Assembly (NCBI RefSeq): GCF_018977255.1 | Contig: NW_024704742.1 | Location: 82,648,001-82,712,000, forward strand | Reading direction: 5' to 3' | Length of the DNA stretch: 64,000 nt | Origin: Callorhinchus milii | Taxonomy: Eukaryota | Shown: piece by piece, positions 24,903-39,013 of the stretch | Layout of the letters: the number at the start of each line of letters is the position of its first letter | Numbering within the stretch: the first letter of the stretch is position 1 | Translations under genes and position numbers: made by a program | Notes under the pieces: generated by a model | What the model was told of the DNA's origin: nothing | The model's input: the letters and a program-made list of their open reading frames with translations, nothing else | The model's database searches: none

Positions 24903-25539
24903 AAAAGCAAAGTGTGTAATCACCCTAAATCTGCTAGATGAATGACCTCCTACTATGCTGTAAATTTCTCTGATTCCAAGATTCTACACGTGGAAACTAT
25001 CCTTGAATCTGTGGAAGATATCATCAAGTGAGAGCATGTAAATGAGTTAATGGAGTGGACTAGTGATAGAGCCCTGAGGTACACTACAGGTGACCCTGTG
25101 AGACTGAGAGGAGAAAACAAAGTGGAGGTGGATCAAATTAAATTGGAATCCGGAAAGTGCAGTCCCACAGAGGTGTTTTTAGAGATGAGAGGCAATCAAG
25201 GATGGTAGAGTGGTGAAGGCAGCAGAATGGTTGAGAAGGACGAGGTAGCATGGAGTGAAGTTCATCATTTGTTTCTTTGATAAAGGCTCTCTTGTGCTGG
25301 GACAGGACAGAAATTGAACTGCAAGAAGCCAGTACTGCAGCAGCCAGTTCATCATCCCATGGCCTTTCATTTGAAAGTTTACACTCCCATATCACATGCA
25401 GCCTTTCTAGAGTTTATATGAGACAAATTAGTTGTGAATCAAAAGTAACTCTGTGACATTTCAGAATACTGGGATCATTAATATCTCCATATTAAATATG
25501 TTTACCTTTATTTCTCACCTTACACCTAAGACTAAACCA

Positions 25540-25725
25540 TCAACAAAAACAAAAACAATAATAAATTGGTCATTTTCAATCAACAACTGTTTGTGGGACA
25601 TTGCTGTGCGCAATTGGCTGCTGCGTTTCGCCCACAAATATACAGCATATTCTGTGAAGCGCTTTGGGACATCTAGAAGACGTGAAAAGCGCTATATCAA
25701 ATGCAAGGATTATTATTATTATTAT
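25540..25725 (+). mobile_element. tRNA-Ala-like SINE, 5'-truncated
   Basis: Body and tail nearly identical to 36670-36855. Confidence 0.85.
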
Positions 25726-26146
25726 CAGGTCAGTGTGTGATCAGTACATTCAGGTCAGTGTTTAGTCAGCAGGTTCAGGTGGTTAGTGTGCCTCCAACTG
25801 CTTGTGTGGTTCATACAATGACCTTATTTTTGACTGATATTTCTGGAATAACAAATTTGCAGGTGTCAATTTCTGATGTGATTTATCGAGTGGAAGGTTG
25901 GTTCAGCTGTTCCCTACGTAAGTGATGAAGTGTATCATGACATTTATGCCATTCATAACAATAAAATGAATATCAAATTGTGCAATTGGGAATATTTCTG
26001 CTGCAATTAATGATTACGTGTACATTAATCATGTTTTTTTTGCTCAAGGGACTGCTTTAGCAATAGGCAAATCTATTTTCTTTTTTAAAAAAAGTTTTAG
26101 TACATTATTGGCAATAGATCAGTGTGTACTGTATATTCTAAATCAT

Positions 26147-26283
26147 AACAATAATAATCCTTCCATTTGATATAGCGCTTTTCACATCTTCTATACGTCT
26201 CAAAGTGCTTGACAGAGTATAGTGTAAAGTGAATTGACTGTATATTTTGTGGGTGAAACGCGGCAGCCAATTGCGCACAGCAG
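26147..26283 (-). mobile_element. SINE 3' fragment
   Basis: Matches the shared SINE tail. Confidence 0.8.
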
Positions 26284-26457
26284 AATCATGATATAGCCAG
26301 ACTTCATATCAAACTGGTTTCAAAGCTAAAGTTTGTGATAAGTAGTGGTGATTTGCATTTAACGGCATGGAGTAACAGTTCTCAATCAATCTTTATTGGT
26401 GTCCATAATCCAATAGACGGTTTTACAGGAAACGAGCACCCATCTTTCTACCCATTA

Positions 26458-26722
26458 TTAGAACATAAGAACATAAGAACATAAGAATTAGGAGCAGGAG
26501 GAGGCCATTCGGCCCCTCGAGCCTGCCCCGCCATTCGATAAGATCATGGCTGATCTTCAGATCTAACTCTAATTACCTGCCATATCCCCATATCCCCTAA
26601 TCCCTCTGTTTTTTAAAAATCTATCAGTCTCAGCCTTGAAGATGTTCAAGGACTGAGCATCTACAGCCTTCTGGAGTAGTGAATTCCATAAATTCACTAC
26701 CCTCTGAGTGAAGAAATGTTGT
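26458..26722 (-). mobile_element. CR1 LINE 3' end
   Basis: (agaacata)3 octamer tail, ggccattcggcccctcgagcctg 3' motif, then C-terminal coding remnant (FFTQRVVNLWNSL). Confidence 0.85.
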
Positions 26723-29700
26723 CACACACTCATTGAGCTCTCAGCTGTCTTGGCTCACTTGACTGTCTCTCTCCTACTGTCCACACTAAAACATGAAGAT
26801 AATGCGGAAACTTACAATCCATGAGCTATTTATTACAATGAATGTGCCAGAGGCTGACCAGCCCCTCCCCCAACGCCATTCTCAATAGTAACAATAGTAA
26901 TAGAGAGAGTGGATCTAGTATTGGGCCTCTGTATTGTGGCTTTTGGCTGCCCATGTTTTGACAGGGTAATGCCATACTGCTTTAGTAAACAAACCCTCTG
27001 AAGTACCGTTGATGGCCCTGAATGCCACAAATCAGCTTCTCGGACCTCACTATTGCAAATAGAGTCATGGAAATGGGATTGGGGAGACGGGCGAGGGAGA
27101 GAAGGTCTACAACTCATACCACCACTTTGATTATGGTAATCTCACAAGGATCAAAATTTGACCTCTGTAGGCCATTGTCCTACAATTTATGTGAATCTTT
27201 TGATCTCTTCATAACAAATAGTTTACCACTCTTATTCTTTCATCATTTCCTCGTCAATTTATTCCCTACACTTCTGAAGACAATCTAACTCTTCCTGTCT
27301 CTGGTTACTCTTCCTCCCTGTGCCTGAAACTCCCCGGATTAGATAAGCAGGGTGAGTCTCTCTGGTGAAAAAGTGTGCATTTCATTTTAAACACGGGAAA
27401 ATTTCCATGTGGAGGTGGCATACATATGTGAAGCTCTCACACTGGTCTGAATACTATTAAGATGGTGATAGATTTCCAACCGTGTCAGAAACCCAGCTGA
27501 TCAAATACCAAAATTCCCTGAAGGCACTGATTACATAGTGTCTCCATTCTTCCTGTGTGAGCCTGGACAGTGAATGCCAGCAAGCTCTTTGACCATGAAG
27601 GAAATTGCAACCAAGCAAAAGTCCTGCCCTGACCCAATATCGCCAAGCACATGCACCCCACCTCACTCAGTGGTATTGAGGAGCAGGCTTCCTGAATGAT
27701 TTTTCCTCTCCATAGCTCAGCAGTACAAAAGGCTAATTGATGCGTCTATATCATTATTGGCTCATCAAAGAGTGGGAGATACAACCTGTCAATTTTCAGG
27801 TCTACATCACTCAGTTACCCCCGTATATGACTTTATCATCTGAGCTGACTAGTGTATTGCTTGATCTGGTGTATTGTGTTCCCTGGTACCTTGCCCTAGA
27901 AGCCATTCTTAATAGATGTCTTTGGACAGCAAGCGTCCACAGGGAATTCTGTTCTGTGCCCATCTGGTGTCCCCACCTGCAAATCCCATCATGTCACTGG
28001 ATCAGGAACAGAATCACTGGATCAGGAATCTGGGCTAATGTTTCCCTTTCTCAGCTCACAGAAGCTGAGGTTAACTGTATTGCCCCCAACTCACCACCAC
28101 AGGTAATTCAGCACTAACCAGGGATTGAACCTGAGAAGTTCCTGGTTGGAGTGGCTAATTCCATGCTGACAATGTGTTTCCCAACCGGAATATCGAGCAG
28201 CATGCATTCAGTCACTTTTGCTTTGCCTGCAATTTGTTTGCGGCTCCCAGTCACATTTCTTTTTTTGATATCTCTATCTTATACTAGATTATAACTGTGT
28301 TGGTCAAGTGCTCTCCTGCTCTGAACAGTTAAAGGGCGAATGTCGTCCGTTCCCTTACCTAAACGAGAAAGGAGTTAACCGAAAGATTACTTTGTGTTAG
28401 GTTTAAAACTTGCAGTATTTGTCAATAGGTGAAAATGCAAATTTCATTCAATTGTATTACCCGAGGGTCTGACAAGCTAAGGTTGATGAAATGATTAAAA
28501 TATAATTCAGGAACTGTAAAGAGAAGGCTCCCCACCTGCATTATTTGGGTAGTGATCTCATGTCCTTCCTCACAATGTGCGAATGTCTTGTTATAATCAT
28601 GATATAACCAGACAGCTTTAATTCTTTTGCAAGTTGGTATTCTAGAGAATTTGATTGGGGTTAAAGATCTTGGAAACTCTGATGCGTGTATTTAAATGGC
28701 CAACTTATTCTGACAGTCAGATTTTGTTTATTGCAACTTGTGTGCTTTGTATTTGAGGAGCAAAACTCCTTAGTGCCTTCACAGCGTTCCCTGAATCATG
28801 TATTTACTCGTTTATTCATTTAATTTGCTAATTTACCCCACCTTAAAACCTACCTCTTTGACCAAGAACCTTCATCCTTGCTCTGCGTCCATCCCGCCAC
28901 TGTGAAGCACTCCGAGATGTTATTCTACCTGAAGGGCGCTATATAAATACATGGTGATGTTTTGAGTTTGAAACCTGTAGAACAGAAAGCCTCAAATTCC
29001 ACATTGTAACTGTGTCGGCTCAGTCGACAGCATTCAGTTACACGCATTGCATTCCAGAATTTCCATGTGTGATGTTATGTTCCACTTATTTCTGTCTCGT
29101 TTGAATACTATTAAACACTCTCTGATGAGTTTCCACATATTTCAAACCCTCGTTTGATAAAAAAATTCTCTCTGTTGCAGCACATATTTGCCTCAATGTA
29201 AATATATTGCATAGATCTGCATGTCTAGCTATCAGACAGCATGCTCAGTTGTGCCCTTATTCTGTCTATTCACTGGAAAAAAGTTCAATACACGGTGAGT
29301 CTGGTAGGCTAAATGTCTCCTCAGCATATTAATCTTAGTTATGGTTTGCAACATATTAGCAGCATAGAGGAGGTCCTGATAAAAAGCAGTCATTAAAATT
29401 CTCTTAGCATTTCTTCTGCCTAATTTCGCGCTTATCAGCAGCAGGGATGTTGGTGCTGGCAAAACAGAACCTCATCTTGCTTTCTGGTACCCAAATGAGT
29501 TGGAATTCCAGCCAGGGCTGTGCCTAGCATCTTTGGCAAATTTGTCTAATGGGAATTCCACTTTATAATCGTACGTTGGCAAAGGCACCCTGGACACTGC
29601 TGGCATTTCAGTCCACCAGTGATGTAGGAATCAACAGGATCAGAAAAGGCTTCAGGTCCTTTTGACCAATTTACAAAGTTTTTTTTCTTTAAATTAAATA

Positions 29701-30224
29701 AATGGCTGACACAAATTGTCTCCAGGAGTTATCTATCCCTCATGTTCTTCGCTCCCTGGATAAAATGATCAAATTGAGATGCCTTCTTCTGAACTTGAGT
29801 CTGTGTCTATTTGTTCTGTTTATTTTTATTATGTTAAACGTATGACTGTATCAGTGCTCTCTTTATACCCTTGAGGATCTTGAAATTAGTTTGCATTCAC
29901 CTACAAAATACACTTTACAGTAAAACCTGTGAAGCGCTTTGAGACACTCTCCTAAAGTGAAAGGTGCGCTATCAACTGTAGGGATTATTATTTGATTGCT
30001 TCAATAAGTCTTTTCTGATCCTTCTCTTTAGAATGAACATTTTCATCTTCTTTAGTCCTTCCATAGTGGGTGTAAAATTAAAATAGATTAAATGATTTAG
30101 TTGTATGAGGTCATTCAATTTTCTTTTTAATGTGTTACACACTGGATGAAAAAAATATATTTTGTTTTTTTCCACTTTCTTTTCTGCCCTTTAAACCCTT
30201 CCCCATTTTTCTTCCAGAATCCTC

Positions 30225-30700
30225 ATCCATGCCTTTGACACACCCAGTGCTCTCGTCACCTGTTTCCCTAGCTCCACCTTCCACAAGCTCCAATTCATTG
30301 AAGACTCTTCAGGCCTGATTTTTTATCCATTACAAAGCTCTGAATACCCATTACTCCCATTCTTGCTTGGCTCTACGGGCTCTCAGTATCATACCAACTT
30401 TAAGTTTCCTTCCATGAGCTTCAAATCCATTCATAGTTTCTCCCCCTCCCTGCTCTTCCAGCTTATTTTTCTGTCAGTGCCCCTTGAACCCTCTTCCAAA
30501 TTTCCTCTATTATTCATTCCCTCCCTCTGTATCACTGTTGGTGATCAAACCATCAGCTACAATGTCCTGCCTTCTGGAATTTCTTCTAAGAACAATATCT
30601 CTTTTAGTAAAGTTTCCATCTTTCCCCGTTCTTTCTCTTTGAGTCCTATCTTCAGACCAGTTAATCCTAAGTGAAAGGCCTGAGTAAGTGTAGGTTGTTA
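30225..30700 (+). mobile_element. Old L2 fragment
   Basis: Degenerate match to L2 ORF2 end (ctcatccatgccttt...ccacaagctccaa...ttggtgatcaaaccatcagc...tctggaatt). Confidence 0.55.
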
Positions 30701-30914
30701 TTGGAGGTGTGACCAGATGTTAAAAGCAGTTGAACAGAATAAATATTCTGCTGCTTTTCGCTTCTTTATTGGAGTTATTTGACTGTGTGACTGATCAGTC
30801 TTTATTAGTCCATTACTGCAAAAACTCATGCATGTGTTACAATAATAGTAAACAACAACAAGATTAAATTTGCATAGCGCCTTTCACGTCGGGAGGTCAT
30901 CGGGAGGATGTAAA

Positions 30915-31320
30915 ATAACCCTTAATTTCGATATAATGCCTTTCATATCAGGAGAACATCTCAGAGTGTCTCACAAGATTTCGCTTTAAAGTATATTGAC
31001 TGTTTAGAAAACTTGGCAGCCAATTTGCCCACAGCATTTTCCCCCAAACAGCCATGAATGACCAATTTTATTTGGGTGGTTGTTGGACAGGACAACAGGT
31101 GAAACTCCCTTCTCTTTTCGAATAATGCCTTTCAATCATTAATGTCCACCCGAGCAGGCAGACAGAACCTCAATTTATCGTCTCATCCTAAGGATGGCAC
31201 CTCTGACAATGCAGCCCCAGCACTGCATGGAGTGCCAGCCGAGGCAATTGAGTTTGAAGTCATGGCATGGGGCTTGGAACATCTGACTCAGAAGAGACCA
31301 TCTTAGCCAGGCTGGCACCC
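30915..31320 (-). mobile_element. Deu-domain SINE, full length
   Basis: Head ggtgccagcctggctaag, Deu domain gaggtgccatccttaggatgagacgataaattgagg, and tail. Confidence 0.8.
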
Positions 31321-31478
31321 TCAGTATCTTGGTATCTCTCACTTTGGTCATAGCTATTGGAAAGGAAAGGCCTTGAAAAGCGTAATGCAAACCACTAGTG
31401 ATTACCCACATTACCATGCTGCTCTTCACAAGGTGGGTGTGGACAATGGCCTCAAGCCGCAAACAATGCCGAACAGAA

Positions 31479-31526
31479 TGGAGTTATAAATGGATCTATA
31501 AGTGGAGCTATAAGTGGAGCTGTAAA
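31479..31526 (+). repeat. 12-bp minisatellite x4 (tggagctataag)
   Basis: tggagttataaa tggatctataag tggagctataag tggagctgtaaa. Confidence 0.85.
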
Positions 31527-32429
31527 GTGCTCTGAGGTCACTGAGATCAGAATATTGGGGCTGTGTTGCATGTCGAGGTCACTTCAATGCAGGAAGACTG
31601 TGCTTCACAATCATTCACTTGCTCAATCTTATTTATTTGTTTAAAGAGATCATTTGTTACTGAGGTGTCAAGGTTACCAGGCAGCAACAGGTTTCCCAGC
31701 TATAAAGCAAACCCTGGCTTTTCGTTTTTTTCTGTCTCACATTCAATTGTTCCATGCTCGCAGGGAGAAATTATTGCAGCATGCGGAGGTTTTTATACTG
31801 AAACGCTCTGTGCATCAACCTGAGAGTAGTGTGCCAAAAACAGCTTCCTGTATTGTGCCAGTGAGTTCAAGGTACAAATCAGACAAACCAGACCATGTTG
31901 TCAGCTCGATAAACCTGAATGCTGGCGTGACTTGAGGAACAGTGTTTGTTTGGCTTTTTCGAAACGATTCCTGTTTCATGAGCTGATTAACTGTGAATTA
32001 GCAAAGTGCCTTCAATAATCCATACATGTGATATAGAGCCTTTCACATCGGGAAGTTGCCTCTACGTGCTTCACATGATGTACTGAAAGTGGAGTGACTG
32101 AGCATTTTGTGTGGAGTTAGTGGTTCTGTGTCTGTCTAGTTGTTACTATTAAGGGGGCAGGCAGAGGGCTTTCTTAACATTACCAGAGGGTGCCGAATTT
32201 TGCAAATTCTTTAATTCAATCTTAAATCTAAAGCTGCATTCCTTAAAAGACAGAAACTAGAAAGGTTTGGAACCAAGTGGAATTTCCCCATAATGTTCAT
32301 TAATCTCTAATCGACCCTTTTATACTTTTTATACTCATTGTCCTGAACTTTAAACAATGAATAAACACTGTTGATTTCAATCAGTACAAAACATGTGCCA
32401 AGTTATCTTACATAGCCACATAGTTTGGG

Positions 32430-32780
32430 CTGTCGGCTTGTTTCAGTTGGTAGTATTCTATTCCCTGAGTCAGAAAATTATGGTTTCAAGCCCCACATTG
32501 GGTATTGGATCTAGACTGGCAGAACTGTAGGAATTCTGCATTGTTGGAGATGCTATGTTCCAGACGGGATGTTAATCAAGGTCTTATCTATTCTTCAGGA
32601 GACATTAGCAATACTCAGACATTCGTCAGAAAGAAAAGGGATTTTCTGCTGATGTTCCCATCAACAATCTCTCTTGGCTGCCACTTTTGCCTGAAAGAGC
32701 ATCATATTGGCAATTATTGTAAAGTACATTGAGATGTTTCGCCATTATAGACCCTATAAAAATACAAGATATTATTAATA
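32430..32780 (+). mobile_element. Old Deu-domain SINE
   Basis: tgtcggcttgtttcagttggtagt...ggtttcaagcccc head, degenerate Deu domain and tail. Confidence 0.65.
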
Positions 32781-33844
32781 TTACCTGCCTCACCACTTAA
32801 CACTGAAAATGAGTAGGATTTATGTGCAAGTGGGTCATGGGATTAGGATTTACAAGTAGTAGCTAAAATTGACATGTACTGAGCTGTAGTTAGGTTATTG
32901 AAGATTAAATTCACTTTTGTAGCTCGGCAGTGGCAGCTTTGATTCAGTCCTGTTTTTGTTTGTGTGATGCTTCAACCAAATGTTTGCCTGGATATCCAAT
33001 GAGTTGTTTGCCATTCTGCAGTGATTCTCTGTGTTCATGTTTGTAGAAAAGGTCAAGTATGTGGCTATCACACTGACCTAGTAACCTGTCTTTGATAAAG
33101 TCAACAACACTGGGCAGTATGAAGCAGTACAAGAGCTGGAATCAATATTAGAAAATATTGGCAATAGTCTTTTTCTTTACATTTGAATAATCATCTTAAT
33201 GCAAATCTCAACGAGTTATAATGTCCTGCCATCTTTATTCCCTGCAGTAGAATGGCACCAGGAGGGCCATGAGTGCCTCAATGATATGCTATAATGTTAC
33301 AATACTGCTTAGGTGATGGGTGGAAATCCCCTCATCTCTCCCCTCTCCCCCACCACCTCCCCCCCCTCCACCCTATGGTGCAATATATGTAGACACAGCA
33401 AGCCCCTTCCCAACCGACCACAGACAACGAACTGTCATGATGAATTCTGTCCTCAGGGTTCTGAGAAGTTCAGAGTAGTTTTGTTTTCAATGAAAGTTAT
33501 TATCCTGTAGAGGAGGATTAAACCAGGGGCGAGGGGGAGAATGTCTTGTATCAAGCATTTGACAGCTTTTCTTTTCACGTGAGTACACGTGAAGAATTAT
33601 AATTAACAATATGAGAATCTATTCTGGTTGAAACACTGCTGAACGGAGTTGAGTATAAAGAGGGATGAAGCCTCTCCATTGAACCCATAAGCGAACCACA
33701 TATTTGTCGTTGTTTTGTGAGTTTGATGGACAGCCAGAACTGTGGCTTCCTCTGCACAGGCTTTGATGTAAATTGATCTGAAGTTGTCCTGACTTGCCAT
33801 CTCTTTTTACATAACCCAGCGTCTGGTAATAATATAATAATTGA

Positions 33845-34170
33845 AAAGACATCTCAAAGCTCTTCACAGAATATACTGTAAAGTGTAATGACTGTGTACT
33901 TTTTAGGCGAAAACAACAGCCAATTTGCACACAGCAATGACCTGCAAAAGGCTGTGAAGTGAACAACCAATTTTATCTGAGGGATTATTGGCCAGGTCAT
34001 AGGGAGAAACTCCCTTTTCTTTTCAAAAGACACCTCTGACAATTTAGCACTCCCCAAGCACTGCACTGGAATGTCAGCCTAGACTGTGAGTTCAAAGTCT
34101 AGACATGGGGCTTGAACCCACATCCTTCTGACTCAGAAGCGAGAGTGCTACCGACTGAGCCAGGCTGACA
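33845..34170 (-). mobile_element. Deu-type SINE with central deletion
   Basis: Well-preserved head (gtgtcagcctggctcagtcggtagcactctcgcttctgagtcagaagg) fused directly to gaaaagaaaagggagtttc; most of the Deu domain is missing. Confidence 0.85.
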
Positions 34171-35289
34171 CACATATTCCTGCTGTTATACAGTAATTTG
34201 CTTATTCCACAGGTATCTTTTTTCAAATGTATGCTCCAAAGCCATTTTATCCATGTTGCATTTCATTCATGCTTTCTGCGTCGTTTGAGCATCCTTTTGC
34301 ACTTCTCAAAGTAAACACACCTCCCCCTTGCAGAGCAGGGTGATACGTATTCTAATACAAAAGTCCTAAAGTCTTAAGTAGGCTTGAGCCTGGTAACTGC
34401 ATCTGCTTGAGTAGTGTAAATATTTCTGAACCGCATCTGCCCCAATGCTTTCAGCAGTAATACTGATTGAAGAGAGGGCAGGCACTGGGGCTTAGCTGTA
34501 CATTCTGATAAAAACATGAGCCTATCCTATTGGACACAAATCCTAAAAAATGATCCCAAGAAGTGCAGGTGGGAACCATTCCATAACCTTTAACATAGAC
34601 AGATATCATTTGCTTTCAGTCTAGATTCTCAGAATTTGTCTCAATCCAATCCTTCGTTCCTGAATGAAAGTTCATTGCAGGATTTCATTGCTTACTTTAT
34701 AGGAGAAATTTGAGAAGTTAAGGGGGAGGAGGTGAGGGGGTGGGGGGAGTCATAAATCACTCATGTTGTCAAGTTTAAGTGTCTGTTTAACTCCTCTGCC
34801 GTGTACTGAACAGGAACTACATGACAATAGAACAATGTATGCTCTAAATAAGCAGAATGAAAATTAGAGAGAGGCAAGCTGTTTGAGTGAAGCATTATTG
34901 CCCCAAATACAATGGAAACCCTGTTATGACATGGTAGGTATGTGTGTTTTGTGTGTGATAAAATCCTAACCGCAGCTATAATACGGCGTGACCACTAGGC
35001 AATGCTTTCACATTCACTGAACATATGCTTGGAAAGTCAGCTGGCTCTATCAGGGTTTCGAAACGTATGCTGGTATGCAAGACAACAAAATGGATGACTT
35101 TGGTTCATCATTCATAACCATTCACTCCATGGCTGTATGTGGGACATTGCTGCATGCAAATTAACAGCCACGTTCACCTACAAATGACACTGTCACTCCA
35201 TTTTACAGTATATAGTGTGAAGCGCTTTGACATCTCCTCCTGATGTAAAAGGTGCAATATTATATGTAAAGATGTAAAGAAGAACCCAG

Positions 35290-36325
35290 AGGGTGGTGCT
35301 ACAGGGAATGTCATCAGACTAGAAAATTGTTATCAGTGGAGTTCTGCAAGCGTCTGTTTTGGGACCTCATTTGTTTAATATTTTTAAAAATGATCTGGAA
35401 CTAGGAGTCGCAAGGAGAGTGGCTAAGTTTACAGATGACACCAAGCTAATGAAGACGGTAGATTGCGAAGCTGAACAAGATAGGTTACAGGAGGACTTAA
35501 ACCTATTTGGGAATTGGGCAGATCAGTGGCAGATGAAATTCAATGTGGAGAAATGTAAAGTACTTCACATGGGGACAAAAAATCCTGGAAGGGGCTTTTA
35601 TTTGAACGCAAGGAAAATAATAAGTATGGAAAATGAATAGGACCTGGTGGGCCTGATTGACAATAAATAGAAGCTCTCCCAACAATGCTCTGTGGCAGTG
35701 AGTAAAGCAAACAAGATGTTGGGATGTATCAAAAGATCAATAGAAAGCCGAAATAGTGGTGTAATCCTGCCACTGTATAAATCAATGGTGGGACCATACT
35801 TAGAGTTCTTTGTACAGTTCTGGTCGCTGCTGTATAAAAAGGATATGGAGAAATCAAGAAGATACAGAGGACGGAAACCAAAAATGATTGAGGGAATGGA
35901 AAGACTGGACTATGAGGAGTGACTAAATAAATTGGGCACGTTCACACTGGAAAAGAAAAGATTGAGAGATGACATAATTGTTGTCTTTAAGATTCTAATA
36001 TTGATGATGGAAGGCTATTTCAACTTGTCCAGAATAGTAAAACCAGAGGACATGGCATGCAATTGAAGGGGGTTAAATTCAGAACTAATCTATGCAAACA
36101 CTATTACAGTGAATGAATAGTGAATCCGTGGAACAGACTCCTTCAGGAAGTGTTGATTCAGGAAGTGTTGATTCTTTGAAACACAGATTAGATCGTTTTC
36201 TTTTAGGAAATAACATTATGGGATGCAGTACATAAGTAGTTCGGGACATATATGCATGCAACCGCCAGAAAGGTGGAAGGCGAACTATTTTGGTCTAGCA
36301 TTTATTATGCTTTTATGCACTTATG
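35290..36325 (+). mobile_element. CR1 LINE, 5'-truncated; disrupted reverse transcriptase C-terminus
   Basis: ORFs GPHLFNIFKNDL...KFTDDTKL...WQMKFNVEKCKVLHMG and KANKMLGCIKRSIESR...LYKSMVGPYLEFFVQFWS are classic CR1 ORF2; contain stops and frameshifts. Confidence 0.93.
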
Positions 36326-36554
36326 ATTATTATTACTGTTATTGTAAAACCGCAGTTTACCAGACTCTGGGTATCTGAAATTTAAGCCTAGCCAGACTGT
36401 GCCCAAAACCCCAAAACATTTAAAAACCTTTCCGTGAACCGTGTGTAGACTCCCGCTGGCCCAACTCTCCTAGTTTGCACCAATGCCACACTGAGCAGCC
36501 TCATTGCCCTTACTGGCCTTCACTTTGGCCATGGATATCAAGTTTGACTCATAT

Positions 36555-36855
36555 GTGGAGTCCTGTAGCTCAGTAGTTAGAGCACTCGCCTTGCAAGCGA
36601 GAGACCTGGGTTCGATTCCTGGCAGGTAAGTTTCCTTACTCCATACACCTGATAATAATCCCTCCAAAACAAAATAATAATAAATTGGTCATTTTCAATC
36701 CACGACTGTTTGTGGGACACTGCTGTGCGCAATTGGCTGCCGCGTTTCGCCCACAAATACACAGTCAATTCACTTTACAGCATATTCTGTGAAGCACTTT
36801 GAGACATCTAGAAGATGTGAAAAGCGCTATATCAAATGCAAGGATTATTATTATT
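36555..36855 (+). mobile_element. tRNA-Ala-like SINE, short form, full length
   Basis: A box tagctcagtag, B box ggttcgattcc, ttgca anticodon-like loop, shared body, (TTA)n tail. Confidence 0.92.
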
Positions 36856-38534
36856 GTTGTTTGAATCCCGTGAAATAGCTTATTCGCTATTTCTGTTCGT
36901 AGGATTCAAACAATTATAATGCCAATAGTGACATTTACTGCCATTTTTGACAAGTTACCCCTAGACAGGTTTGCCTCCTCCCTCACCATTATCCCATCTA
37001 GCTGTGGTTTACGTGTATTATTATTATGATTATTATTATGATTATTTATAATAATTAAACATACGTCCCAATTATTTTACAAATCGGCACAAACATCACA
37101 CCCAGTCCGATTCGACGTAAACTCCATACTCAGCTTTAATGTTGTCGATTTTGCACCGGAAAGATTAATACTTGAAAACAGGAACTACTTGTTTTGTTTT
37201 GTAAAATTCGCAACAAAAGATGATATACCCTCAAAGTTGGAGCATCCACCTTTGTATATTTCCAACAGCCATTGAGGAAACAACAAAGTTTCTTTGCTCG
37301 GAATAAAAGCGATTCTATTTAAACTTAAAAAAAAATTTAACCTGAGTTCCTAATGACGACTTTTTCTTTGAAGCATTTGCATGTGACTCAGCCGTCGTCA
37401 CTGTACAGGACAGTGATGGATACAGGAAATCCTGAATTGTTGATGGCTCGGAAATTTACCTGCTGATGAATCAGGATTGTTTCGTTAATCGAGTATTTCA
37501 TTAAATTGTTGCCAGGACACTAGACTCATTTATAAAGCAGCTTGATGCTCCAATGAGAGGATGGGAGACTGAGTGTTCTGGAGGGATGAGATTAGATGGG
37601 CCGAAGGACCTTCTTCATCTTGTAGTGTGCTCTGCATAACAACTAAATGAAGAGAGCAATGCAAACTCACACTGATATTTAAGGGACGCTTGCATTTTGC
37701 TTCTGTTTTGCAATATTTATTCTTTTAATAGCTACAAAATATGACCCTATCTTGTACGGCTTTCTCTCCATTTTAAGAGTCCTGGATGCTTAAAAAATAA
37801 TTCCCAAGTTATATGAAAAACCAGCCATGTGGAGAAATCAATTTAGGAAGAGATAGTGAAAAGAGTGAATTTATTTCCAAGAGTTTTTTTTTGGATGAAT
37901 TATGTTATGGAAATATGCCAGTCAATGCATTGATTCAATGTTTTATAGGATGTATTTAACCCTGCCAGTACTACAGAGCACACACTCATATAGCTAGGCT
38001 TTCGTATCCATCTTCATTGGTAGACAGACCTCAGCACAGCAGGCCTCTGCTGTTCAAGCAATGCACTTCCAAATAATTGAACCATCATTCAAGCTGTGTC
38101 CAAATGTGTCCAAGCTGTGGTCACGAGCTGAACTAACTCTAAGGTGCTTGGCAATGAAATGTCAGACTTGAGTCCTCCTCCGTGGTGGTCTTGATACCCC
38201 AGGTGCCTTAGCCAGGCAGGACTGTAACATTCCAGGGCACTGTTAATGACAGATCAGCTAGGCTGGCTTATCGACAAAACTTGGGGGGTAGACCAACTCC
38301 ATTATTGGGAACTTCGTACATGGCTCCTGTTAACCCTGCTAGCCAAACCCTAACATATTAGATGGTTCTAGCTACACAACAGTGGGAAGCTTGTCAGACA
38401 ATGCTCTCAGTGGCAAGTTATTAAGGCCCTATTTTGGCTCCCTCGTTTTTCTAATTTACATGGTCATATTATCCACGGACATCAGGTCAACCTCCACATG
38501 TACACAGATGACACCGAAATCTATTTTATTCATC

Positions 38535-38950
38535 ACGTCGTCGAGGTGTCTCAGATATATTGTATCCAATATATATTCACAGGATATGTTGTAAAGTGGT
38601 TTTGACTGTGTATATTGCAGGCAAAATGCGGCAGCCAGTTATGCACAACAATATCTCACAAACAGCCATGAAGTGTGTGACCAATTGTATTTGGAGGATT
38701 GTTGACCAGGACACTGGGGAGAAACTCTGTTCTCTTTTCAAATACTGCTATGGGATCTTTAATATCCACCGGAACAAACAGACAAGACCTCAGTTTAATT
38801 TCTCATCCGAAGGACTGTCCCTACAGAAAGGAAAACCGCTTCACCCCCAGCACTGCATTGGAGTGTCAGCTTAGACTGAGAAACCAAGTCCCAATGTGGG
38901 GCTTGAAGCGTGGGGTAGCGAGAGTGCTACCACTGCACCAGGCTGACACT
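38535..38950 (-). mobile_element. Deu-domain SINE, full length
   Basis: Head, Deu domain (ttcggatgagaaattaaactgagg...aaagatcccatagcag) and tail. Confidence 0.8.
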
Positions 38951-39013
38951 AAAAATCAATTTTATTTCTAGAAATCAATTTTATATCAACTGCAAACTGC
39001 AAAAACAACACTG

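Noticed and set aside
33600..33800. Overlapping minus-strand ORFs as an exon
   Set aside because: No convincing splice pair or homology; the longest frame begins inside a SINE.
35359..35922. Functional reverse transcriptase gene
   Set aside because: 5'-truncated CR1 with stops, frameshifts and an altered catalytic motif (FTDD).
36555..36625. tRNA-Ala(TGC) gene
   Set aside because: No proper acceptor stem or terminator; it runs straight into the SINE body and recurs as the head of a dispersed repeat.
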